Source: Massalongia carnosa (taxonomy: Eukaryota). From it: a DNA stretch of 64,000 nt. The stretch lies in the NCBI GenBank assembly GCA_965645245.1, contig OZ287069.1, forward strand, positions 1,178,001 to 1,242,000. Reading direction: 5' to 3'. Position 1 is the stretch's first letter. Every line of letters starts with the position of its first letter. Below are positions 24,680-34,742 of this stretch, one piece after another. The position numbers were made by a program, and so were the translations under genes. Under the pieces are notes generated by a model, which made no database searches, was not told the DNA's origin, and saw only the letters and a list, made by a program, of their open reading frames with translations.

Positions 24680-25240
24680 TGTAACGGTTCGACCAAGCGT
24701 GGTGCGGTCGGCAGGACCTACAGCGAACATAGCAGGAGTCCCCGTTATAGTAGAATAGAGCTTGGTCTGCGGACTAAGTATTGTGCCTTTTGGTCGGGAA
24801 GGACAGGTGGCGCAATGGTAGAAATCTATCGCTTCGTCACAGAATACTTAGTCATCAATCGGTATACCAGTCGTGAGTTCGATTCCTGACCTGAGTTCCT
24901 CGCTTTTTCGCCTTGCTTCGACGGACTGAAGCTAGGACGAAACGGGAAAGCGTTGGATAAAAATTCTCTAAGTCGGATCGGCGAGGGCAGTACGCTAAGA
25001 AGAGCCCATTCTTCGGGGCTAACTATAACTGGAAGCGGCTAGGGGCTAGCCGCAGCTAGACGGGCGGTAGTGTAACGGTTCGACCAAGCGTGGTGCGGAC
25101 GGCAGGACCTACAGCGAACATAGCAGGAGTCCTAGTTATAGTAGAATAGAGCTTGGTCTGCGGACTAAGTATTGTGCTTTTGGTCGGGAAGGACGGGTGG
25201 CGCAATGGTAGAAATCTATTCACTATCTCGCTTCGTCATA
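24680..25240 (+). mobile_element. TRIM (miniature non-autonomous LTR element) with tRNA-derived sequence; LTRs 24680-24841 and 25071-25240
   Basis: Direct repeats of 162 and 170 bp, TGTAAC...GTCA(C/T)A; 229-bp noncoding interior; TSD CAAAT; removing it restores the pogo frame. Confidence 0.93.
24801..24896 (+). promoter_or_regulatory. tRNA-derived Pol III internal promoter (A box 24808-24818, B box 24875-24886)
   Basis: TGGCGCAATGG starts at tRNA position 8 if G24801 is position 1; GAGTTCGATTCC; CAGG pairs in register with CCTG 24890-24893. Confidence 0.65.
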
Positions 25241-27003
25241 CAAATAGGCCCTAGAGAATGATTTGAAAGATGATATCGTGTTGACTACAAGCGATAGCGG
25301 CTATTCGATTGATTGTCTAGCATTAGAATTGTTAAAGCGTTTTAATGCTCATTCAAAAAAGGTTCAAAAAGGAGCGTTTAAGCTTCTTTTGTGGGATGGA
25401 TATGGATCTCATCTAACGTAAAAATTTTGGGAATATTCGAAAGAAAATAAGATCTGTTTATTTAGATTACCCCCCCATTCAACCCATTTGACGCAGCCAT
25501 TAGACGTTGGTATTTTTCAGCCAATGAAACATTACTATGCTGAAGAGGTTGACAACGCCATTCGGTTGGGTGACGTTATCTTCAATCGTCTGGGTTTTCT
25601 AGCCGCATGCAATTAATTTAGTACAAAGGCATTCAAATCATCTATTATCGAATCAGCCTGGGAAAAAACTGGGTTGATACCTTACAATCCGGAGGTAGTC
25701 TTGACTAAAATTCGTGCTTTAAATCCGGCATTACCACTACTACCAATATTATCTTCGGAGACAATAATCCTACCTCATACCCCCAAAAAGCCCAAAGACG
25801 TTGCTAAGGAAGGGGAAAATATTATTTAGCGAATGAATAATAATAAAGAAATTACTCCAGAAAGAATGCGACGTTTTATCAAAGGGTCGGTTGCAAACGC
25901 TAATTTACTAGAATTGACGCAACGCGACTTACAAGGTACAAATATAGCTGCATTAGCTAAAAGGGCCCGAAAAAAGCTTGCTGGTACTGTTGTTCAGAAG
26001 GGAGGAATCGTTACCGTTGGAGATGTGAGGCACAATCACCTAAATCGTACCCAAGAAGAGGTGGAAAGGGAGGAGGGTCGTCAAAAGCGTGCTGAGACGG
26101 CTAGACAAAAGAAAATATTTCTCTATGGAAAAGCGATAGCTAAACGGTTTGGCTTGGTGGGTAAAAAGGCCGAAAGCTGGATAGATGAACGTCAGCCTTT
26201 GATTTTGAATAGCTTCAATTTGAAAGGGTCAATCAATGGATATAATGTAAATAGTTTGAGAAATGCGTCATGGAGATGATAGCGTCATGGAGGTGAGCCG
26301 CACCTGGAGCGTAGCTCCGGGTGCGGTCTATCGGATTTACCTCGGGCGCACGGTTAGCAGCTATACTACGAAGTACGTATTACAGTCAGATCGGGTTATA
26401 AGAAACTCCAAAATCGTAGCATCTAGGTTTCTTGTTAGGCGAGGTTTCTAATATCAAATTCTTGGCATATTTTCAAGACTATACATATCGACTATCTAAT
26501 GACAAAGAAATCCGTCATTACAGCTTGCCTAGAGCTTATCGCCATTGAGGTCTTGATATCCCACTCTTTACGATTCAGACGACGTATCAATTTATCGTCA
26601 CCGACCTCTCGTTGCTCCTTATATAACCGTAACGTTTCAAGAGCTCGTAGAGAGTCCTTGTTTTAGACTCGTGATGTCACGGTGCGAGGTCAGGTAGGAA
26701 TTCAGGTGGTGCAAACGTATTACTTGATTGTCTAGCTAGGTGGACAAGACGTTCGACAAGGAGAAAAGAATCAGAAAATCAAACGTGGGCGAGTATAAGA
26801 CTCTGGCGAACGGAACTAGTCCCGATCCAGCTATTGATCCAATTTCCCTCGAGTCCCTGGCATGACACTATCGCCATGACACTATTGACGGCCGGAACAC
26901 CTACCGTTGCCCTAACTGGTCCGGATTAAGCTTAGTTCCTTTCGGACCGGCTAACCGGTTAGTGTGGCAGGTGCCCAGTCACTCCATGACAGCAGCTCCC
27001 CTT

Positions 27004-30000
27004 TTAGGTCCGAGCTCCGCGAGGACCACCAGGCTTGTTAGGCCTCAGTCGATGAAAGTCTTCCAGTAGGTCGGAGCAGTGGGTGACGTCCTTAGCTTCG
27101 GTCCAGTCGGGTGCGTCCCAACCAGTCCACTTGATCAGGTACTGTAAGCGTCTTCGGAAGAAACGAGAGTCCAAAATTTCCTCGACCTCCCACTCTGTTT
27201 CACCTTCAACTTCGACAGGAGGGGAAGGAGCGGGTATGTGGCCGACGTGAGGGTGTTGAGAGACAGGCTCTAGAAGGGAGACGTGGAATACAGGATGAAC
27301 GTTCATGGAGGCGGGAAGGTCTAACTCGTATGCGTACTTGCTGACAACTTTCTTTATAATGAACCTTCCAAGCTTTTTCCAGTCCAACTTTCGCGACGGC
27401 CGTTTGGTCTTTATATGTCTAGCGTCCAACCAGACCTCGTCACCGATCTGAAATTTGGGAGCCGGGGTCCTACTTGCATTAGCAGATGCTTCATAACGTG
27501 CTTGAGCTAGGCGCATTTCGTCTCCGAGGTGTTCACTGATACTTTGCATTTTGGAGGCGAATTCATCAGCGCTAATGACATGTGCATTGGGGGAGTCGCG
27601 ATGAACAGGTTCAAAACCAAGACGGGGGTGGAAACCATAGTTGGCAAGGAACGGGCTGACGGACGTTGTTTCGGAGTCGGAGTTATTACTAGCGAACTCA
27701 GCCATGGGTAGCCAGTCGGTCCAATCATCTTGTTGATAGGACACATAGCCTCTGAGGTATTGTTCCATGACTGCATTATAACGTTCCGTTTGACCGTCAG
27801 TCTCCGGATGAAATGACGTAGATAGCCGACTGTTGATCCTTAGTCGTTCACAAAGTGCTTTCCAAAAGTCAGCTATGAACTGGCCTCCTCGATCCGACAC
27901 AATGGAGTCAGGTAGGCCATGAAGTTTCCAGACATGTTCAACGTATAGTCTAGCCAAGGCCTTAGCGTCGGTGGTCTCTCTGCAGGGAATAAAATGCTTC
28001 ATCTTGGTTAGCCGACAAACAACGCTTAATACGGCGTTTTTATCACTACTTTCGGGTAGGCCGGTGACGAAATCCATGGATATGTCCTTCCATCGTTGTT
28101 GGGGAACGGGCAAAGGTTTCAACACTCCGTACTTAGCATGATGAGAAGCTTTACTGCGAGAGCATGTATGACAGTGTTGGACATAGCGAGCAATGAACTG
28201 ATGATATCGGGGCCAGTAGTAGTCTCGCGCCATTAGACTAAATGTTTTAGATCTGCCTGGATGACCGGCGACTGGACTGTCATGATATTCTTTGCATAGT
28301 CTCATTTTTAGTTCATGCCAGTCAGGGACGTATAGCCTTTCCTTGTAGTATAGTCTTCCATTCCTGTCTTCACATTCGGCTAGGGTGATGTCCTTGCTGT
28401 GTCGAGCACCGTTTCGGAGAAGGGTCAGGATTTTGTTAGGCGTGGGGTCATGTTCATATCCTAGATCAATGAGTTCGTCTATAGATTTCTCTTCCGAGTC
28501 GAGGGCAGGGGCGAGGTTCGATGGTTCAATAGCGATGTCAGGTGCGATGTCAGGTTCAGAGTCGGACACGTCAGTCACACGAGGCACGTTGTTAGCATGA
28601 AGTTCAAAATTATGCGGTTTTAATACCACCTGATTCTGATGTTCCAGTCTCACGTCCCCTTCTTTAGGAAGATCTCCTGATCTTCTAGTCAAAGCGTCAG
28701 GTTTTCCGCCTAATTTGCCGGGTCGATACGTGATTTTGAAGTCGAAACGTGAGAGATATTCTGCCCAACGGGCCTGTCGCCTACTTAGCTGCTTGGTGGT
28801 GGTGAAATACTCCAGGTTTTTATGGTCAGTGATTACTTTAACCGGGTATGCAGCTCCTTGAAGTTCTGGTCTCCATTCCTCGAAGGCACGTATTATGGCT
28901 AATAGCTCTTTATCATAAATCTCGTAATTGCACTCCGCCGGGGACAAACGTCGCGAGAAAAAGGCTACGGGGCGAAGGACTCCATCGTCATCATACTGCG
29001 AGAGGACTCCGGCATTGACATAATCAGAAGAGTCAGTTTCAACCACGCTTTCCTTATCGGGGTCAAAATGCAGCAGAACAATGTCACTAGTAAACATAGA
29101 CTTCAGATCCTCGAAAGCATTGGCGCAGTCATTGGTCCATACGAATGGTGTCTTCTTTTTTGACATAGCTGTCAGTGGTCCAGCTATGCGAGAGAACCCC
29201 TTGACAAATCGACGATAGAAATTCGCGAATCCTATGAAGGCCTGCACGTCTTTTAGGTTCTCTGGAGTGTTCCAATTCTGAATAGTCTCAATTTTCTTGG
29301 GATCCATTCTTATGCCGTCTTTGGATACTATCATTCCTAAATAAATGGTCTCCGTGACATGGAATTCACATTTCGAGATGTCAAGTTGTAATCCGGCTTT
29401 TTCTAGGGCCATCAGTATTTTTCTCACATGATCCTTGTGCTCTTTCAGGGAGTTGCTGTAAATCAATATGTCATCGATGTACGCGGTGCAAAAGATGTCT
29501 AGATATTCACGAAGCACATCATTAATGTACTCCTGAAACGAGGATGGGGCTCCACAGAGTCCAAACGGCATGACAAGATATTCGTATAATCCATAGCGTG
29601 TTCGAAAGGCAGTCTTCCATTCCTCTCCATGAGCTACACGGAGACGGTTGAAGGCCGCGACAATATCCAGCTTAGTAAAGATAACTGCCTTACTCAAGCG
29701 ATCCAAGGTTTCTCTGATCAAAGGTAGGGGGTATCTGTTCTTGATCGTTATCGCATTTAATGCTCTGTAATCAACACAAAAACGCAGGCCTCCGCCTGGT
29801 TTTCTAACGAACAACACCGGGGACGCAGCAGGGGAAGAACTGGACCGAATAAAACCCTTCTTCAGGTTTTCCGTCAGGTACTTCTGCAGAACTAACAGTT
29901 CATCTCGACTCATGCCATATAACGGGCCATACGTGGGTTCCTTTCCTTCCATCAACGGAATTTTATGATCATGGCTACGTCGCTCTGGAAGTTTATCAGC

Positions 30001-30960
30001 TTCTTTCTTGGAAAATACATCAAGAAATTCATGATATTCCGACGGCAACACGGTAGCAGGATCAACTTCCGGCTTGGGGTTCAAGGCATGTTCAATATCT
30101 CGCATGTTCACGGTAAAGAGCTCACACTCCTTCTTCTTCGCTAAACGGGTAAAGGGGGCTGCCCCTATCATACATATGCTCAATGGTGGATTCTTATTGG
30201 TCGGCGTCGGAATGAGCGAGAACGGGACGAACGGGGACGGAACGGGCAAGGTCGCGGGCAAGATAGGCGAGGGGGTGGCGATCGCTGGATTAACGCGCCG
30301 ATTTAACCGGCTGGGCCTGTCAAATCTAACCGCTTCGGGACTAGAGTCTTCGGTGATTGCCGCTGTCGAGTCGGGACTAGCGCTACTTTCAACGACGAGG
30401 GGTTTTTCAGCGCGGAGTTCTGGAACATTGGTTATGCCGATGACCGTGTTTGACTCGGAGTTGTCAAGGCAGTGCTGACGACAGTAAGGTGAGTTGAAAG
30501 TGAGAGAGTTCGTGGCCCATCGTATGCTGACGTCGTGAATTTGCAGCCATTTAATGCCGAGAACGATGGGGTAGTGGCCGAGGCTGGTGACGAGAAGGTT
30601 AGCGGGTTCGGAATGCGAGGCGATGTCAAGGTTCAGACGTGCGAGGTGAGTAAGCTTTCCAGACGACACGGGACGGCCGTCTGCGAGTTCAAGAATACGG
30701 GGTTTCTTCATGGGGGCGAGGGGTATGCGATGGTGGTGCGCGAACGAGGAATCAACAAAGGCAAATCCAGATGCTCCACAATCAATCAATGCATAAGTCT
30801 TGATTTTGATTGTTCCTATGGAAACAACAAGAGACACAACCAAATGCCTTCCATCCAGATCTTCTTCGGACAGAGGTTCTTTGGACAAGGAAAATGCCGA
30901 AATCGAAATAGCTTCTTTTTGTCTTCGGCCGCGACTTAGGCCGAAGACTGAACTTTTCCC
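27004..30960 (-). CDS. pol: G2 pol (PR-RT-RH-IN-chromodomain), -1 frame relative to gag
   Basis: LIDCGAS, YIDD, ETDSS, HPETDGQTER, WEVEEILDS...YLIKWTGW; no stops. Confidence 0.96.
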   Translation of the reverse strand, partial: GKSSVFGLSRGRRQKEAISISAFSLSKEPLSEEDLDGRHLVVSLVVSIGTIKIKTYALIDCGASGFAFVDSSFAHHHRIPLAPMKKPRILELADGRPVSSGKLTHLARLNLDIASHSEPANLLVTSLGHYPIVLGIKWLQIHDVSIRWATNSLTFNSPYCRQHCLDNSESNTVIGITNVPELRAEKPLVVESSASPDSTAAITEDSSPEAVRFDRPSRLNRRVNPAIATPSPILPATLPVPSPFVPFSLIPTPTNKNPPLSICMIGAAPFTRLAKKKECELFTVNMRDIEHALNPKPEVDPATVLPSEYHEFLDVFSKKEADKLPERRSHDHKIPLMEGKEPTYGPLYGMSRDELLVLQKYLTENLKKGFIRSSSSPAASPVLFVRKPGGGLRFCVDYRALNAITIKNRYPLPLIRETLDRLSKAVIFTKLDIVAAFNRLRVAHGEEWKTAFRTRYGLYEYLVMPFGLCGAPSSFQEYINDVLREYLDIFCTAYIDDILIYSNSLKEHKDHVRKILMALEKAGLQLDISKCEFHVTETIYLGMIVSKDGIRMDPKKIETIQNWNTPENLKDVQAFIGFANFYRRFVKGFSRIAGPLTAMSKKKTPFVWTNDCANAFEDLKSMFTSDIVLLHFDPDKESVVETDSSDYVNAGVLSQYDDDGVLRPVAFFSRRLSPAECNYEIYDKELLAIIRAFEEWRPELQGAAYPVKVITDHKNLEYFTTTKQLSRRQARWAEYLSRFDFKITYRPGKLGGKPDALTRRSGDLPKEGDVRLEHQNQVVLKPHNFELHANNVPRVTDVSDSEPDIAPDIAIEPSNLAPALDSEEKSIDELIDLGYEHDPTPNKILTLLRNGARHSKDITLAECEDRNGRLYYKERLYVPDWHELKMRLCKEYHDSPVAGHPGRSKTFSLMARDYYWPRYHQFIARYVQHCHTCSRSKASHHAKYGVLKPLPVPQQRWKDISMDFVTGLPESSDKNAVLSVVCRLTKMKHFIPCRETTDAKALARLYVEHVWKLHGLPDSIVSDRGGQFIADFWKALCERLRINSRLSTSFHPETDGQTERYNAVMEQYLRGYVSYQQDDWTDWLPMAEFASNNSDSETTSVSPFLANYGFHPRLGFEPVHRDSPNAHVISADEFASKMQSISEHLGDEMRLAQARYEASANASRTPAPKFQIGDEVWLDARHIKTKRPSRKLDWKKLGRFIIKKVVSKYAYELDLPASMNVHPVFHVSLLEPVSQHPHVGHIPAPSPPVEVEGETEWEVEEILDSRFFRRRLQYLIKWTGWDAPDWTEAKDVTHCSDLLEDFHRLRPNKPGGPRGART

Positions 30961-32084
30961 TCCTCTTCCGGAGTCACCGTGCTCAATTCATATGTCCTCA
31001 CTCTAGGTTTTCCCTTGGAGGCTGGGCAGGAATTGGCGAAATGTCCTGACCCTCCGCAGTACATGCATAGTCCTTCGTTCATGCGGCGTGATCTTTCCGC
31101 CGGGGTGATGGGACCGCGACGCCTGGAGGTCGACAGGTCCATGGCATCCGTATCTGCAGGTGAGATGGGAGCGGGGCGAGGAACGGGAGTGCTGGGGGTG
31201 GAAGAGGTTTTAGTAGTCGGAGTGGACGGAGCGGAGGAAGAGCGAGATGAACCATATGAGAATGGTTTGCGGATGGAGGCCTGGACGGAGCGGAATCGAT
31301 TGTCGATTTTCTGGAGAATTTGGATGGTGTCGTCCAACGAGGTGGGTAGGTCCACTGTGATTAGGGCGGATTTTAACTCATCGCTGAGACCGTCCAGAAG
31401 AATAGAACGTTTGGCTTCATCGTCGAAGCCGGTGTCGGGAACAAGGCGTTGATAGTCGGAGAGGTATAAGTAGAACTCTTTGTTCTTTTGTCGAAGCTGT
31501 CGCAGTTCCCTTTGTGCGGTTGCTTTTCTATCGGGGTCACCGAAGGCCAACTGCAATTTGGTATAGAACGCTTCCATATCAGCAAGAGCGATGTTTCCAT
31601 CTTTTTCCAGGTACGGCTGCAGTTGTTCCAATGCTCTCTCCTTCAAGCGGCTTAGTGCATAAGCGAGCTTGCTTTGTTCGGTAGGGTAGTGGTCCTTGTT
31701 GATGTTCAGTTTAATTCGGAGTTGTGTCATCCATCCTCTCAGTTCTGCCTTATCGCCACCAAAGGAAGATGGGTCCGGATGCTTGGTGGAACGGTGCGAT
31801 TTAGACTGCGAGGCATCGGCCAGATTGGTGCGGAGTTCGTCCATGACTGCTTGTCCAGCGGCCATGGTGACTGCATTCTCGGACAGAGTGGCATTAGCCT
31901 GTTCGAGGGAAGATAGTGCGGATGCTTTGTCAGTCTCTAAGCTGGTAATGATTTCCTGAGCATTAACCGAGAAGTTGGTGACGCGAAGGAGGAAGTCGAG
32001 CCATGCCTGTGGCTGTTGCTGCACTGCAGTGCTCAGTTCGTCGGCGTTGGAAACGGAGGTAGGGGGGTCGAGGTTGATGGACAT
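30936..32084 (-). CDS. gag: G2 gag
   Basis: Open frame from M(M)SINLDPP; AMDLS and CMYCGGSGHFANSC knuckle. Confidence 0.93.
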   Translation of the reverse strand: MSINLDPPTSVSNADELSTAVQQQPQAWLDFLLRVTNFSVNAQEIITSLETDKASALSSLEQANATLSENAVTMAAGQAVMDELRTNLADASQSKSHRSTKHPDPSSFGGDKAELRGWMTQLRIKLNINKDHYPTEQSKLAYALSRLKERALEQLQPYLEKDGNIALADMEAFYTKLQLAFGDPDRKATAQRELRQLRQKNKEFYLYLSDYQRLVPDTGFDDEAKRSILLDGLSDELKSALITVDLPTSLDDTIQILQKIDNRFRSVQASIRKPFSYGSSRSSSAPSTPTTKTSSTPSTPVPRPAPISPADTDAMDLSTSRRRGPITPAERSRRMNEGLCMYCGGSGHFANSCPASKGKPRVRTYELSTVTPEEEGKVQSSA

Positions 32085-33530
32085 GATGATGATGCACCAG
32101 GTGAATAGGCTGGTCGAACGTAGTGTCACGGTGCGAGGTCAGGTAGGAATTCAGGTGGTGCAAACGTATTACTTGATTGTCTAGCTAGGTGGACAAGACG
32201 TTCGACAAGGAGAAAAGAATCAGAAAATCAAACGTGGGCGAGTATAAGACTCTGGCGAACGGAACTAGTCCCGATCCAGCTATTGATCCAATTTCCCTCG
32301 AGTCCCTGGCATGACACTATCGCCATGACACTATTGACGGCCGGAACACCTACCGTTGCCCTAACTGGTCCGGATTAAGCTTAGTTCCTTTCGGACCGGC
32401 TAACCGGTTAGTGTGGCAGGTGCCCAGTCACTCCATGACACGTGATACAATGACCTCCTTCTCCTCCGTCTCGTATTCCCTTTCATAGCCATCATATATA
32501 GCAACGATGTGATCCTTCAAATCCTCTTCGGTATCCTCTACCACCTCTTCAACAGGGTTCAGAGTATGCGACCAACGCCACAATAGCCAACTAAGTACAG
32601 AGACACCGCACTGATGCAGCAACAGTACCCTCGATTTTGATACTCTGAAACTTTCGCATTAGATTCTACCCATCTTTCTCATTCATTTGATCCCCTCTTG
32701 AATAACTACCTATAGTGACAGTACGCGACAGTCAGCACCTATCAAAACACAAATACCGCAACTTTTGATACTCTATAACTTTAGCAGTCAATTGAGCCTC
32801 TATTTCTCAGTCATTTGAGCTCCTCTAGAGCAAAAACGCTCTCAGATTGAGTGTAGGAGAGCTCTAGCAAAGCTCCAGCAGAGTTTTTCTGCTGATCGTA
32901 CGCGACCGACGTGATAAAGCGCGCTCAAGAAGTTGAAAAAACAACAAATACCAACAACATCACCAAAAATCGCTCTTTTTTCTTGTTTTCTTCTGTTCTG
33001 TTGTCGCAGGACTTTCAATTATTACTATAAGAATTATCTACAAAAAATATCTACTCTCGCGGGACTGTATAACAACTGTCGCGACGTCAAAGTCTTCTGA
33101 AGTTCATTCCTCATTTAAGGTTACGGGAACTTCCGCAAGCACAAATTTTCACAGCATATTTCACGTATAATTTTTGCACATTCCATTTTTGGCTTTATCG
33201 ATCTTCGTTGAACGGCCGGTCAACAGATCACTGAAAAGAAGGAAAAACGTCTGGAATAGGATTATACCAAAGGTCCTGTTTCAGATTAATCAGAATAGGA
33301 AGTCTCGTATTGTCTTACATTGCATTAAATCCATCTCTATGACCCTTATCGGTTGCCGTTACCTTCGCTTGCGCTGGGGGGGGCTTTTAATTGGATGAAT
33401 TGATTTGAATGCTTGAATTTGATTGGGCATGGGAACGACACAGGTCAGCCCGGGCAGGCCTAGGCACGTGACTCGGGGTCGGTGCTGAGGTGAGAACCTC
33501 ATCTTCTAGGCCCGAGGCGTCTGCTGACGC

Positions 33531-34742
33531 TCAACGATCCGATAGATGATGCCCGACGGCAGTGCCCGACGGCGATGATCTAGATAGAGGTGCCCAGCGG
33601 CGCTCCGTATCGATCCCTGGTTGACCTGTACGCCCAATGGAATGCCCAATTGAGTAGGGGTAGGAGTTTGTAGGATTCGTCTCGGCGACGACAGCACGTG
33701 GGACTGCCAGAGGGATGCCTTTTTGAAAACTGAGGTTCAAATTGAATAGTGAGGCCTGGGACGTCTGAAAGTATAGCTGAAACGCGTTTGATGACCATCT
33801 TCCGAGTCTCTGAATACTCTCATCCAGCATCCCGTGGTCGGCGGCGTGTTGTGCTGCTCCTTTTCTGAAGCTGTGTCCCGAGTATGCCGAGTCGTTGATG
33901 CCGGCGGCTATCAGTCTCTTTTTCAGGGATGCTATGACGGAGGCTCTGGTGAATGCGGTGCCGAGACGAAAAAGCGGGGATGTAGATGGCTGAGGATCAT
34001 TTCTGAAAAGACGCCGTAGTGCTGTCACGGGGCAAGTGCTCTCATTGGTCGCTGCCAGCACTATCTGAACTCCTGAGTGATTTGTGTCTGTTTTGCTTCT
34101 TTTGAGACGTAATGTCGCGTATTGATCGTTCTCGGCGAATGAGATGTCACATCGTGTAGGTTTCAATCTCTGAAAAGATGTCTTCTTACGATCGGCGACA
34201 GTGTAGGTGATTTCCCCGAGTCTGAGGAACCCTGCCCATGCAACTTTGAATGTCGCGTCGATGTTGAGGTCTTCGGCCGAATGAGCGGGAATACTGGTGA
34301 TTTTTGTCAGTAATTCTTTTGAAATGGGTAGGCGTCTTCTTTTTGTCTGAGAAAAGATCCTTTTCCCCCCTTTCAGCATCAATTGAAGTCTCGGCCCCTC
34401 GAATGGGGTGAGGCCGTATCCTCGGTCTACATGGTATGATCTGAGGCCGGCGAGGTAGCTCGCTGCCGTCTCTGGTTTTATCTTTCCCTGCTTGGGTGTG
34501 CCGCCCCCGTATAGTCGACCGGCTAGCCATTCCTCGAGGGACTCGGTTGTTGCAGGCCACGACGTGCGTCCCGTCGTCGCGCAGAATGCCTCGTATGAGT
34601 CGATCGCCGTCCCGTACCCTTTTCTCGTGTCCGCCGAGTGTCCGTGCCAGACGAGGCGTTTTACCAGGGCTGACCCTGGTGTGGAGGATAGGTAGGTGGA
34701 GGGAGGTTCATCGAATTGTATGGGTTCTGCCAATGAGGGCAA
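33531..34742 (-). CDS. Tyrosine recombinase (DIRS/Ngaro type)
   Basis: GFLRLGE (R), KRSKTD (K), HSFRKGAA (HxxR), LGRWSS (W), FQLY (Y). Confidence 0.93.
   Translation of the reverse strand: MPSLAEPIQFDEPPSTYLSSTPGSALVKRLVWHGHSADTRKGYGTAIDSYEAFCATTGRTSWPATTESLEEWLAGRLYGGGTPKQGKIKPETAASYLAGLRSYHVDRGYGLTPFEGPRLQLMLKGGKRIFSQTKRRRLPISKELLTKITSIPAHSAEDLNIDATFKVAWAGFLRLGEITYTVADRKKTSFQRLKPTRCDISFAENDQYATLRLKRSKTDTNHSGVQIVLAATNESTCPVTALRRLFRNDPQPSTSPLFRLGTAFTRASVIASLKKRLIAAGINDSAYSGHSFRKGAAQHAADHGMLDESIQRLGRWSSNAFQLYFQTSQASLFNLNLSFQKGIPLAVPRAVVAETNPTNSYPYSIGHSIGRTGQPGIDTERRWAPLSRSSPSGTAVGHHLSDR

Larger units (their letters stand above)
23721..26354 (+). mobile_element. pogo/Fot1-type DNA transposon with 94-bp TIRs, degenerate, two nested insertions
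   Basis: TIRs 23721-23814 and 26261-26354; TA on both flanks; transposase remnants from 23865 (NMDKIGF, DGYGSH, LPPHSTHLTQPLDVGIFQPMK) with stops. Confidence 0.95.
26675..32440 (-). mobile_element. Intact Ty3/gypsy chromovirus (element G2); LTRs 26675-26991 and 32124-32440
   Basis: 317-bp LTRs with no difference seen by eye; TSD CGTGA; PPT AAAAGGGGAGCTGC; open gag and pol. Confidence 0.98.
26383..32570 (-). mobile_element. Remnant of a Tigger/pogo-like transposon, split by element G2 (pieces 26383-26674 and 32441 to ~32570)
   Basis: TA-CAGTCAGATCGGGTTATAAGAAAC terminus; rejoined frame reads LNPVEEVVED...ALETLRLYKEQ...QAVMTDFF, resembling a pogo C-terminus. Confidence 0.55.

Noticed and set aside
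24686..24694. Second B-box-like GGTTCGACC at the TRIM LTR start
   Set aside because: No convincing upstream A box or acceptor-stem pairing; too weak without a family alignment.
24801..24896. Functional tRNA gene
   Set aside because: The D-stem 3' side, anticodon arm and most of the T-stem do not pair, and the 5' half is duplicated as LTR. Treated as tRNA-derived sequence.
33531..34742. Starship captain, phage integrase or Crypton
   Set aside because: A 403-aa YR overlapping an RT-RNase H ORF downstream of a gag-like ORF is the DIRS/Ngaro layout.
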